In this document: piece after piece, positions 8,737 through 17,795 of the stretch
Layout: every line of letters begins with the position of its first letter
Numbering within the stretch: position 1 is the stretch's first letter
NCBI GenBank assembly: GCA_035593725.1
Contig: DAOSZN010000008.1
Span: 10,052 to 74,051, forward strand
Length of the DNA: 64,000 bases
Direction: 5' to 3'
Source: Bacillota bacterium
Lineage (GTDB): Bacteria; Bacillota; SHA-98; UBA4971
The notes under the pieces: generated by a model
What the model saw: only the letters and a program-made list of their open reading frames with translations
What the model was told of the DNA's origin: nothing
Database searches by the model: none
Position numbers and translations under genes: made by a program

Positions 8737-10386
8737 ATGTCAATTGGGTCATTTGTGCTTGTTCTCCATAGCCATCTGCCGTATTGCAGAAAGGCAGGGG
8801 TATGGCCTTTTGGCGAAGAGTGGGTTTTTGAGGCAATGGCGGAAACGTATATTCCACTTCTTGATATCATAGACCACCTGGCTGAGAAGAACGTCTCAGG
8901 AAGCTTTACAGTAGGGTTTACACCGGTGCTGTTGGATCAATTACAAGATCCGTACATGCTGCTTCGGTTTGACGAGTATCTTGAGACTAAGATTGCTACA
9001 GCGGAAGCTGACATTCTAAGATTCGGAGCCGAGAGTGAATGGAGTCTTCAAGAGCTTGCCAAGTTTTACAGGGATCGCTATGAAAGGGTCAGAGACAGTT
9101 TTTACCTTCGACACAACAGAAACCTGGTGAACGCCTTCAAGGCCTTTCAGGATAGGGGGTTGATAGAGATCCTGGCAGGAGCGGCGACTCATGCATATTT
9201 ACCGCTCCTTGCCACTGACACTTCTATTTATTCTCAGCTCAAGCTTGGATATGATGTTTACAATTACAGTTTCGGACGTCCTCCTCAAGGAATATGGCTG
9301 CCGGAGTGCGGATATCGTCCCCCGTCAGAGTCATCAAGTGTTGACAGGGCTCTAAAGGAACTTGGATATTCTTGCTTCTTCGTGGACGCGCACGCTATTG
9401 AAGGTGGAGCACCGATAGACGTATACTCAGACAGGATCTTGAAAAAGCCGGAAGTGCGATCTGCTACCGCAAAGCGGGATTATACCTCTTACCTTCCGTA
9501 CTTGGTTTCCGGTAGTAACATCGCAGTTCTTGGGCGAAATCAACGCACCGCATTGCAGGTATGGTCCTCAGAATGGGGTTATCCGGGTGACGGCAATTAT
9601 CGGGAGTTTCATAGGCGAGATCCAATTTCCGGTTTCAGTTATTGGAAAGTCACAAGTCGATTGGTGGATATCTCCGCGAAGGAAGTATACCAACCTGAAG
9701 CCGCTCTTTGTCGGGCTAAGGAGCATGCTGATCACTTTGTGAACTTAGTGGAACGGCTCCTTTTGGATTTCAACTCAGAAACCGGAAAACGAGGAGTAAT
9801 CGTAGCGCCATTTGACGTAGAATTGTTCGGACACTGGTGGATGGAAGGTCTTGACTGGTTGAAGTGGGCATTGGAAGGCCTCAGCAAGAGTCCCTATGTA
9901 GAAGTCGTTTCCGCTTCGGATTGCCTGGAGAGATACCCGCCAAATGAAGAGATCGACTTGCTGGAAAGTTCATGGGGTCTTGGGGGAGGCCACTATGTCT
10001 GGGACAATGATCAAACCAACTGGATGTGGCAAGAAATCCACAGTGCCGAAAAGGAAATTGAAGACATGGTATTGAAAACAGGCCATAGAAACCGACAAGG
10101 AGAAGATAACGCTTCGCTTAGAGCCAGACTTCTAAAGCAGGTAGCCCGTGAGGCGTTGCTGCTTCAGAGCAGTGATTGGCCGTTTCTTGTTACTACGGAA
10201 CAAGCTAGGGATTACGGTGAGAGGAGATTCCTCGAACATAAGCATAGATTTGAGAGGCTTACCCATGCTTTGGCCAAGGACCCAATACCCCCTGACATCG
10301 TGAGCTACCTGGAGCAACTTGAGTCTATTGACGCAGTATTCCCTAAGATTGATTTCACCGCTTTCATGGGAAAGCAGGGATTCTGA
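8737..10386 (+). CDS. GH57 (DUF1957) 1,4-alpha-glucan branching enzyme, long-loop TK1436-like subtype
   Basis: LVLHSHLPY, AATHAYLPL, WLPECGY, APFDVELFGHWWMEG, LLLQSSDWPF. Confidence 0.92.
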   Translation: MSIGSFVLVLHSHLPYCRKAGVWPFGEEWVFEAMAETYIPLLDIIDHLAEKNVSGSFTVGFTPVLLDQLQDPYMLLRFDEYLETKIATAEADILRFGAESEWSLQELAKFYRDRYERVRDSFYLRHNRNLVNAFKAFQDRGLIEILAGAATHAYLPLLATDTSIYSQLKLGYDVYNYSFGRPPQGIWLPECGYRPPSESSSVDRALKELGYSCFFVDAHAIEGGAPIDVYSDRILKKPEVRSATAKRDYTSYLPYLVSGSNIAVLGRNQRTALQVWSSEWGYPGDGNYREFHRRDPISGFSYWKVTSRLVDISAKEVYQPEAALCRAKEHADHFVNLVERLLLDFNSETGKRGVIVAPFDVELFGHWWMEGLDWLKWALEGLSKSPYVEVVSASDCLERYPPNEEIDLLESSWGLGGGHYVWDNDQTNWMWQEIHSAEKEIEDMVLKTGHRNRQGEDNASLRARLLKQVAREALLLQSSDWPFLVTTEQARDYGERRFLEHKHRFERLTHALAKDPIPPDIVSYLEQLESIDAVFPKIDFTAFMGKQGF

Positions 10387-10483
10387 GGTAAATGTTGAAT
10401 CTCTTCGCCTGAGGTGATGTTCCGGGGTTCAGTATAGTACTGTCTCCGGTTGTGACCGAAGGATCGAGGAGGATAATAAATAA

Positions 10484-11209
10484 ATGAAACTTGTGGCAGA
10501 TCTCCACACTCATTCCGTAGCAAGCGGACATGCATATTGCACCATTAATGAAATGGCTCAGGCTGCAGCTGAAAAAGGGCTCAAAATGATTGCAATTACC
10601 GACCATGGGCCTAACATGCCGGGCGGTCCTCATTTTTATTACTTCGGTAATTTGCGTATAGTTCCTTCTGTGATTGCCGGAGTTCAAGTGCTAAAAGGCA
10701 TTGAAGCGAATATAGTCGGCTTGTCAGGTGAACTTGATTTACCCGATCATATGCTGGAGAAACTGGATATTGTGTTTGCAGGGTTCCACACTCATACCGG
10801 TTATGAAGGTGACGGGGTTTCCGAAAATACCGGGGCAATGATAGGCGCCTTGGAAAATCCCTATGTAGACGGTATTGTGCACCCTGGGAATCCGATTTTT
10901 CCGGTGGACATCGCTGAGGTGGTTACTGCCGCTTCTGACCTTGGTAAACTCATAGAAATCAATAACGCGTCTCTTACTGTCACCAGATTAGAGAGTATGG
11001 AAAACTGCGTGAATTTTGCGGAACTTGCAGCGGAATATGGCGCAAGAGTTGTAATTGGAAGTGATGCTCATCATACTTCTTTGGTAGGCAGTTTTGACAG
11101 CGCAATTGAACTCGTGAAAAGAGCGGGCGTTAAGAGCGAATATGTGCTTAACACAGATGTCAGCAAGATAACTGAATTCCTCGATAAGAGAAGGAAGGCG
11201 CTGAGGTAA
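10484..11209 (+). CDS. PHP-domain phosphatase (YcdX-like)
   Basis: DLHTHS, ITDHG, GIEAN, HPGNP, EINNAS, GSDAH metal motifs. Confidence 0.85.
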   Translation: MKLVADLHTHSVASGHAYCTINEMAQAAAEKGLKMIAITDHGPNMPGGPHFYYFGNLRIVPSVIAGVQVLKGIEANIVGLSGELDLPDHMLEKLDIVFAGFHTHTGYEGDGVSENTGAMIGALENPYVDGIVHPGNPIFPVDIAEVVTAASDLGKLIEINNASLTVTRLESMENCVNFAELAAEYGARVVIGSDAHHTSLVGSFDSAIELVKRAGVKSEYVLNTDVSKITEFLDKRRKALR

Positions 11210-11212
11210 GAC

Positions 11213-12217
11213 ATGGGGCTTGTCATTGCAATAGACGCAGGCGGCACTAAAACAGACTGTCTAATCGGCACAACACAAGGGGAAATTCTTGCGAAATCAG
11301 TGTCCGGTCCTGCCAATTACCAGTTGGTAGGCATAGACGGCGTGCTTCGGGTCATAAGCGAACTGCTCCGTGCAACGGACGATTATTGGTCCCATGAAAG
11401 GCACGGATTTGAAGTCATGTGGATAGGTATTGCAGGGGTGGATAGGCCCGGAGAGCGGGAGCAGGTGGCTATGTCTCTTCGAAATCTGGGAGCTGCAAGT
11501 AAGGTCATAGTGGATAATGATGCGATGATCGCTCTTGCCAGCGGGACAATGGGCAAGCCGGGAATCGTGGTCATTGCAGGCACAGGCTCAATAGCGTTCG
11601 GAGTCAACGGAGAAGGAAAGCGGACAAGGGCCGGGGGTTGGGGATATATCCTAGGGGATGAAGGCAGCGCCTATTATATTGGACATTCTGCCCTTAACCA
11701 GGTTACACGAGCTCAAGACGGCCGTGGGCAACCTACTTTGCTGGCTCAGGCAATCATTGACCATTTCGGTATAGATAGTATAGACGGGTTGGTAGGGTTG
11801 GCGTACACCGGCAAACTGGATAGAATTGATATTGCGGGCCTTTCACCGCTCGTGGCAGAAGCAGCAAAAGAGGGAGATGAAACAGCCTGTCGGATACTGG
11901 ATTCGGCAGGTGCTGAACTTGGGATTGCAGCAGGCGCAGTGGCAAAGGCTCTCAACATGGAAAGGTCGGCGTTCCCGTGTGTTACTACAGGCGGGGTCTT
12001 TAAGTCAGGTAAGGCGGTTACGTACGCGCTTATGAGAGAATTGGCGAAGGTGGCTCCCATGTCACACCTTGTTGAGCCTGAGTTTCCTCCTGTTGTCGGC
12101 GCCTATTTTATGGGTATCCGCGAACTCGGGCAGGAGATTGATGAGGATGTAAGAGAACGCGCAAGAACTTCACTGGCAGGACTCAAGTTTTCCGCTTCTT
12201 GCTTGGAGGAGGATTAA
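11213..12217 (+). CDS. BadF/BadG/BcrA/BcrD-family sugar kinase, probable N-acetylglucosamine kinase
   Basis: IDAGGTKT, GPANYQ, NDAMIAL, IAGTGS, RAGGWGYILGDEGS; directly upstream of nagA-nagB. Confidence 0.85.
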   Translation: MGLVIAIDAGGTKTDCLIGTTQGEILAKSVSGPANYQLVGIDGVLRVISELLRATDDYWSHERHGFEVMWIGIAGVDRPGEREQVAMSLRNLGAASKVIVDNDAMIALASGTMGKPGIVVIAGTGSIAFGVNGEGKRTRAGGWGYILGDEGSAYYIGHSALNQVTRAQDGRGQPTLLAQAIIDHFGIDSIDGLVGLAYTGKLDRIDIAGLSPLVAEAAKEGDETACRILDSAGAELGIAAGAVAKALNMERSAFPCVTTGGVFKSGKAVTYALMRELAKVAPMSHLVEPEFPPVVGAYFMGIRELGQEIDEDVRERARTSLAGLKFSASCLEED

Positions 12218-12219
12218 TC

Positions 12220-13428
12220 ATGATAATAAAAGGCGCTGACATACTGACTCCGCAAGGCATGATCCAATCCGGAATTCTCGTAATAGAAGACGGTATCATA
12301 GCAAGAATCAGTCCTTTTGGCGACGCAGGTTTTGACACCGGGCTTCCATGTAAACATGAGCCTCGGCATGAAGTTATTGACGGGACCGGTCTAACGCTTG
12401 TCCCTGGGTTTATTGATATTCATTCCCATGGCGGAGGAGGGTGTGATACTTTAGACGGAACTTATGACTCACAGGAGAGGATGTGTCTCTCTCATGCTGC
12501 ACACGGTACCACCGGAATCCTTCCAACGACAATGTCAGCTCCGTTTGAAACCCTTCTTCAGGTGTCAGAATTAATCGGTCACGCAATAGAAACTAATGTC
12601 CTCGACGGCGCTAAGATTCTAGGGCTTCACCTTGAAGGGCCGTGGCTTAATCCGGAATTCAAAGGCGCTCAGTCGATAACAGGTATACGCAGGCCTTCCA
12701 TAGAAGAACTGGACGCGCTTATCAAGGCGTCCTCCGGAAATATCAGGATGATTACTGTGGCACCGGAGATGCCGGGGGCCCTGGATCTTATCAAGCATGC
12801 AGCGGATTCCGGGATCAAAGTCTCTCTCGGACACTCATCCGCCACGTATGAGCAGGTTATTCAAGCCGTTCAAGCCGGCGCCACCCATGTCACCCACGCC
12901 TATAATGCCATGAGCGGTCTGCATCACAGATGTCCCGGAATGGTTGGGGCAATGCTTTCGTGTGATAAGCTTACTGCGGATGTGATCCTTGATGGGTTTC
13001 ATCTTCACTGTGCTGCTGCCAAGATACTTATGAAGTGTAAAGGGAAGGATAGGCTTGCCTTGATAACAGATGCCACAATGGCTGCCGGTATGCCCAACGG
13101 TCGGTATGAATTGGGTGGACAGGAGGTTATCTTCCGTGACGGAGCAGTCAGGCTTCCTTGTGGCAATCTTGCAGGATCCGCCCTTACATTGGATAACGCA
13201 GTGAAATATGCTGTCCTAAAACTTGGGTGTTCGTTGGAGGATGCTATCACCATGGTTTCGGAAACTCCTGCCAAAATAATCGGCATGTATGACAAGAAGG
13301 GCAGCATCGAAGCAGGCAAAGATGCGGATCTCGTTCTTCTTGACGCGTCCTTACAGGTAAAGGCAACCATTGTAAGCGGCAATTTGGTATACATGTCAGA
13401 AGTCAAAGACGATTCACGAAAGGCTTAA
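12220..13428 (+). CDS. nagA: N-acetylglucosamine-6-phosphate deacetylase
   Basis: PGFIDIHSHG, HLEGPWLN, THAYNAM, DGFH, LITDA, LAGS; ATG 12220 after GGAGGAGG. Confidence 0.95.
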   Translation: MIIKGADILTPQGMIQSGILVIEDGIIARISPFGDAGFDTGLPCKHEPRHEVIDGTGLTLVPGFIDIHSHGGGGCDTLDGTYDSQERMCLSHAAHGTTGILPTTMSAPFETLLQVSELIGHAIETNVLDGAKILGLHLEGPWLNPEFKGAQSITGIRRPSIEELDALIKASSGNIRMITVAPEMPGALDLIKHAADSGIKVSLGHSSATYEQVIQAVQAGATHVTHAYNAMSGLHHRCPGMVGAMLSCDKLTADVILDGFHLHCAAAKILMKCKGKDRLALITDATMAAGMPNGRYELGGQEVIFRDGAVRLPCGNLAGSALTLDNAVKYAVLKLGCSLEDAITMVSETPAKIIGMYDKKGSIEAGKDADLVLLDASLQVKATIVSGNLVYMSEVKDDSRKA

Positions 13429-13450
13429 AGAGGTAAGAGGAGGCGAGAAT

Positions 13451-14233
13451 GTGAAAGTAATAGTTGCAGATGACTATGGGATGATGAGTAAAGAGGCCGC
13501 TGAGATTGTGGCTGCGGAGATAAGAAAAAAGCCTGACTGTGTTTTGGCATTACCTACAGGCGGAACCCCGTTGGGCTTGTATGCGGAACTGGTCAGGATG
13601 CACAAAGAAGAAGGGTTGGATTTTTCTTGTGTTTTTGCGTTTAACCTTGATGAGTACATAGGCCTTCCTGAGGATCACGAATCAAGCTACAACTTCTATA
13701 TGCATGACAGGCTTTTCAATCATGTGAATATAAGCAGAGACCGGATCCGTATCCCTTGCGGGCTTGCAGAAGATCCTGAGGAGGAGGCAGCAGCATACGA
13801 ATGGGCGATCAAAAGGGCGGGAGGCATTGATCTTGCTGTGCTTGGGATAGGGCGTAATGGACATATCGGCTTTAACGAGCCAAGGACGGAATTCGGATCC
13901 CTTACCCGTCCTATTTATCTTGCTAAGAGGACTATTGAAGCTAACGCAAGGTTCTTTCAAGAGAATCCTGATGCTGTGCCGAGGCGGGCTATTTCCATGG
14001 GGATCCGAACGATAATGAATTCCAGGAAGATTATTCTATTAGCCAGTGGAGTAGAGAAGTCGCATGCCGTTAATCAGACTGTGCACGGTCCGGTAACCGA
14101 GATGGTTCCCAGTTCAGTGTTGCAGCTTCATCCTGATTGCACTTTGATTTTGGACAAAGACGCTGCTTCTGAACTGGAGCCTTCGCCCAATGGTTTCATC
14201 CCGGGACCGGGAATAAAGACTATGGTATACTAG
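13451..14233 (+). CDS. nagB: Glucosamine-6-phosphate deaminase
   Basis: LPTGGTP, FNLDEY, LGIGRNGHIGFNEP, AISMGIRTIM, PSSVLQLHP. Confidence 0.96.
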   Translation: MKVIVADDYGMMSKEAAEIVAAEIRKKPDCVLALPTGGTPLGLYAELVRMHKEEGLDFSCVFAFNLDEYIGLPEDHESSYNFYMHDRLFNHVNISRDRIRIPCGLAEDPEEEAAAYEWAIKRAGGIDLAVLGIGRNGHIGFNEPRTEFGSLTRPIYLAKRTIEANARFFQENPDAVPRRAISMGIRTIMNSRKIILLASGVEKSHAVNQTVHGPVTEMVPSSVLQLHPDCTLILDKDAASELEPSPNGFIPGPGIKTMVY

Positions 14234-14305
14234 GTACATTGACCTGGAGTTTTTATCCCGGATCACGCCAGACTGAAAGTCGGCAAGAAGCGGGGGCTTT
14301 AAACA

Positions 14306-15187
14306 TTGTACGAAGAGCGATTTGTGATAATCACAGGGCTTTCAGGCGCAGGCAAGAGTGAGGCAGTGCGTGCGTTTGAGGATCTTGGCTTTTTTTGTGT
14401 GGATAATCTCCCGCCGACATTGATCCCGAAATTTGCTGAACTTACGGCACAATCAGAAGGAAAGATTGATAAGATAGCTTTAGTAGTAGATATAAGGAGT
14501 CGCGAGTTTTTCGATAAACTGCTTACTGCATTGGATTCCCTTGAAGAAATGGGCGTCGAGTATGAGATCTTGTTCCTTGAGGCATCTGATGAGGTCCTTG
14601 TGCGGAGGTTTAAAGAAACTCGCAGACGTCATCCTCTTTCTGCGGAAGGCGGCATTATCGAAGGAATCTGTGAAGAACGTCGAAAACTCGACGAGATTCG
14701 AAAAAGGGCTTCCCGTATCATAGATACATCAAATATTACTCCTAAACAGCTTCGTGAAAGAATAGCAGGAAGCTTCGTGAGATTGAATCCGAAGAAGGGG
14801 ATTGATATCATTGTCGTGTCCTTTGGGTTTAAGCATGGTATCCCCATAGACGCTGATCTGGTTTTTGATGTAAGATTTCTGCCAAACCCTCATTATGTGG
14901 AGGCTTTACGTCCGCTTACCGGGGAATCGGAGGCTGTCATGGAGTATGTGTTCCGTTCCCGGGTGACCGGATCATTTTTGCATAAGCTTTTTGACCTTAT
15001 GACGTTTCTTTTGCCACAGTACACAAAGGAAGGTAAGACTCAACTGATAATAGGAATAGGATGTACCGGGGGAAGACACCGTTCAGTCGCTATTGCAAAT
15101 CGCCTTGCCGACTTCTTGACGGATCAAGGATACAATGTGACAGTGGAACATCGGGACAAGGATATTCCTGAAAGACTGGCTGAGTAG
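14306..15187 (+). CDS. rapZ: RNase adapter / nucleotide-binding protein RapZ (YvcJ)
   Basis: [47 protein letters not shown]. Confidence 0.96.
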   Translation: MYEERFVIITGLSGAGKSEAVRAFEDLGFFCVDNLPPTLIPKFAELTAQSEGKIDKIALVVDIRSREFFDKLLTALDSLEEMGVEYEILFLEASDEVLVRRFKETRRRHPLSAEGGIIEGICEERRKLDEIRKRASRIIDTSNITPKQLRERIAGSFVRLNPKKGIDIIVVSFGFKHGIPIDADLVFDVRFLPNPHYVEALRPLTGESEAVMEYVFRSRVTGSFLHKLFDLMTFLLPQYTKEGKTQLIIGIGCTGGRHRSVAIANRLADFLTDQGYNVTVEHRDKDIPERLAE

Positions 15188-15200
15188 GAGAGATGGCGTA

Positions 15201-16436
15201 ATGATAGCTGTCAGCAGGTTATATCCTCACTTGGATCTGAAAAAGTGGTCTTTTATATTCTCAGTGGGAGTGGCGCTTGCTGTGGTCGGCGCCATATCTC
15301 TTTCAAAGGGATGGATGCCCGGTCTTGCTGTAAGCCTTATCGGTATAGGGATGGTTGCGTTTTCTGCTGTAATGGCATTCAGGTTATTGGTCAGAACTCT
15401 GGCGCCGGAATACGGAGATCGTGTTGTGCAGGCTTTGCACAGGCGGTATGAGCTTGGGCGCGGCCCCAAAATAGTGGTGGTGGGCGGGGGCACCGGTTTA
15501 TCTACCCTGCTTAGAGGCTTGAAAGAGTTTACCGGCAACCTGACTGCCATAGTGACAGTGGCTGATGACGGAGGGAGTTCAGGTAGGCTCAGAAGAGAGA
15601 TGGGAGTGCTCCCCCCGGGTGATATCCGCGACTGCTTGGTGGCGTTAGCAGATTCCGAGCCTCTTATGGCCCGTCTTTTCGAGTACAGATTTCCGGAAGG
15701 CGATCCCACAGGTCTGGGGGGCCATGCTTTTGGGAATCTCTTTATCGCGACTATGTCCGCTATTACCGGTGATTTCGATGAAGCAGTAAAAGAATCCAGT
15801 CGGGTTTTGGCAGTGCGAGGTCGTGTGCTTCCGTCCACTCTGGAGAATGTGGCCCTTGTTGCCCAGTGTCAAGGGGGTCAGGTGGTATGTGGGGAATCTA
15901 CAATTGGCAGATGCTCGACACGTATTGAGAAGGTGTTCCTTAAGCCTGCAAATCCCAGGGCGCTTCCTGAGGCTCTTGAAAGTATTGCTGAGGCAGATGC
16001 GATAGTCTTGGGTCCGGGGAGCCTGTTTACCAGCGTGATTCCTAACTTGCTCGTTGAAGGGATTGCAGACGCTATTCGGGAGAGTCGGGCGCCAAGGATA
16101 TATGTATGCAATGTCATGACTCAACCGGGAGAGACTGACTGCTTCACTGCCGCGGATCATGTGGAAGCTATCATAGATCATGCAGGGAGAGGAATTATCG
16201 ACTATGTGCTGGTAAACACAGGCGGTGTGCCCGAGAAGCTAGCAGGAAAATACAGTCAGGAAGGGGCCTATCCGGTTGACATTGACAGAGATAGGCTTTG
16301 GTCTCTTGGAATCACAACTATAGAAGAGGATCTCATTTCTAATACGGACTATGCCAGGCACGATCCGTTCCGCCTCGCTGAAGCTGTGCTAAGGATTACC
16401 TCAATGGCAGGCAAACATTTAAGAATGAAGGCTTAA
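15201..16436 (+). CDS. yvcK: YvcK/GlmR gluconeogenesis and morphogenesis factor with N-terminal transmembrane segments
   Basis: GGGTGLS, VTVADDGGSSG, PPGDIR, GPGSLFTSVIPNL, NVMTQPGET; two hydrophobic helices at N-terminus. Confidence 0.95.
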   Translation: MIAVSRLYPHLDLKKWSFIFSVGVALAVVGAISLSKGWMPGLAVSLIGIGMVAFSAVMAFRLLVRTLAPEYGDRVVQALHRRYELGRGPKIVVVGGGTGLSTLLRGLKEFTGNLTAIVTVADDGGSSGRLRREMGVLPPGDIRDCLVALADSEPLMARLFEYRFPEGDPTGLGGHAFGNLFIATMSAITGDFDEAVKESSRVLAVRGRVLPSTLENVALVAQCQGGQVVCGESTIGRCSTRIEKVFLKPANPRALPEALESIAEADAIVLGPGSLFTSVIPNLLVEGIADAIRESRAPRIYVCNVMTQPGETDCFTAADHVEAIIDHAGRGIIDYVLVNTGGVPEKLAGKYSQEGAYPVDIDRDRLWSLGITTIEEDLISNTDYARHDPFRLAEAVLRITSMAGKHLRMKA

Positions 16437-16993
16437 AACAGCTGATTGACAGCGCCGAAACCCATGATGATGCGCCATATCGCCACTGATGACAGGAATG
16501 CAACTAAGTCGGCGAGGAGACCTGCTATCAGTGAATGTCTGGTCTTCTTTATCCCTACTGCGCCGAAATAGACGGTTATGATATAAAGCGTAGTCTCAGA
16601 ACTGGCTTGCATCGTAGATGCCATCCTGCCTATTGCGGAATCAGGCCCGTATTTCCTGATAAGGTCTATGGTGACTTCTAATGCTCCGGTTCCGGACAGA
16701 GGCCTGATGAAGGCTAAGGGAAGCAGCTCTTCAGGCATGCCCAGTTGTCTTCCTACGGGAGAAAGAATTCGGGTGAGCATAGAGAGCGCACCGGATTCGC
16801 GAAAGATCCCAATTGCCATAAACATGCCTACCAGAAAGGGAATCAACCTCACTGCAACGACAACCCCTTCTTTTGCGCCTTCTATGAACATTTCATATAT
16901 TTTTACTTTCTTTATGTATCCTGCGATGCAGATAGCTGTAATCATAAGGGGTATCACAAGATTAGAGGCAAAGGTGACGGCCGGTATTAGCAT
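16433..16993 (-). CDS. spmB: Spore maturation protein B
   Basis: KKVKIYEMFIEGAKEG, RPLSGTGA, YGPDS.IGRMASTMQASSETTLY..TVYFGAVGIKKTRH. Confidence 0.93.
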   Translation of the reverse strand: MLIPAVTFASNLVIPLMITAICIAGYIKKVKIYEMFIEGAKEGVVVAVRLIPFLVGMFMAIGIFRESGALSMLTRILSPVGRQLGMPEELLPLAFIRPLSGTGALEVTIDLIRKYGPDSAIGRMASTMQASSETTLYIITVYFGAVGIKKTRHSLIAGLLADLVAFLSSVAIWRIIMGFGAVNQLF

Positions 16994-17073
16994 ATTTGAG
17001 TCCTCCTTCCAAGTATTTTATGTGCAGTCATCAGGCGCTTGTGTTCGGCGACTGCCTGCTTGCTGCAAACTGC

Positions 17074-17658
17074 CTAATTGCCTCTGGATATAGGGCGAAA
17101 AAAAATGTCAGCGAGTATTGCGACAAAGGTAGCGATGATGTTCATGATAATAATGGGCATGACTACTTCTGCCGGGTTATTGGAGTGATACTGCGCCCGA
17201 ATGGCTATTATCGTAGTAGGCACAAGGGTAATACCTGCTGTGGAAATCGCAACAAAGGTACACATGGCATCACTTGGCATATCTTGAGCCTCGTTAAGTG
17301 ACGCAAGTTCTTCCATGGCTTTTAGCCCAAGAGGAGTTGCAGCGTTACCCATACCAAGGAGATTTGCAGCTATACTCATGGTAATTGCAGCAAGCGCTGG
17401 GTGATCCTTAGGCAGTGAAGGGAAAAGCAGTCTTGCCACAGGAGCGAAGATCCGTGCAAGCCGTTTTGTGAGTCCGGCTGAGTCTGCGATCTTCATCAGA
17501 CCGTTCCACATAGCCATGATACCGATAAATCCAAGACATATGTTCACCGCTTGGTTTGCGCTTTCAATAGCGGCTTTAGTTACGTCAGCCGATGTTCCTG
17601 TGGCAATCCCCGTTAACGTGCCGATGACAATCAGCATGAGCCAAATAGTGTTTATCAT
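17074..17658 (-). CDS. spmA: Spore maturation protein A
   Basis: MWNGLMKIA, LFPSLPKDHPA, ANLLGMGNAATPLGLKAMEEL; second ATG (17658) is correctly spaced from GGAGG. Confidence 0.93.
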   Translation of the reverse strand: MINTIWLMLIVIGTLTGIATGTSADVTKAAIESANQAVNICLGFIGIMAMWNGLMKIADSAGLTKRLARIFAPVARLLFPSLPKDHPALAAITMSIAANLLGMGNAATPLGLKAMEELASLNEAQDMPSDAMCTFVAISTAGITLVPTTIIAIRAQYHSNNPAEVVMPIIIMNIIATFVAILADIFFRPISRGN

Positions 17659-17795
17659 GTCAGACATCCTCCGTATTTGTTCTTGTAAGACCTGTACAGG
17701 CAGTATCCTAAGTACCTATATTCCGGACCGGAGACAGATTATTACTACAAGACATTCCCCGGCTTATGATAGAATTAGGTCAGGTGGTGCCCAAA

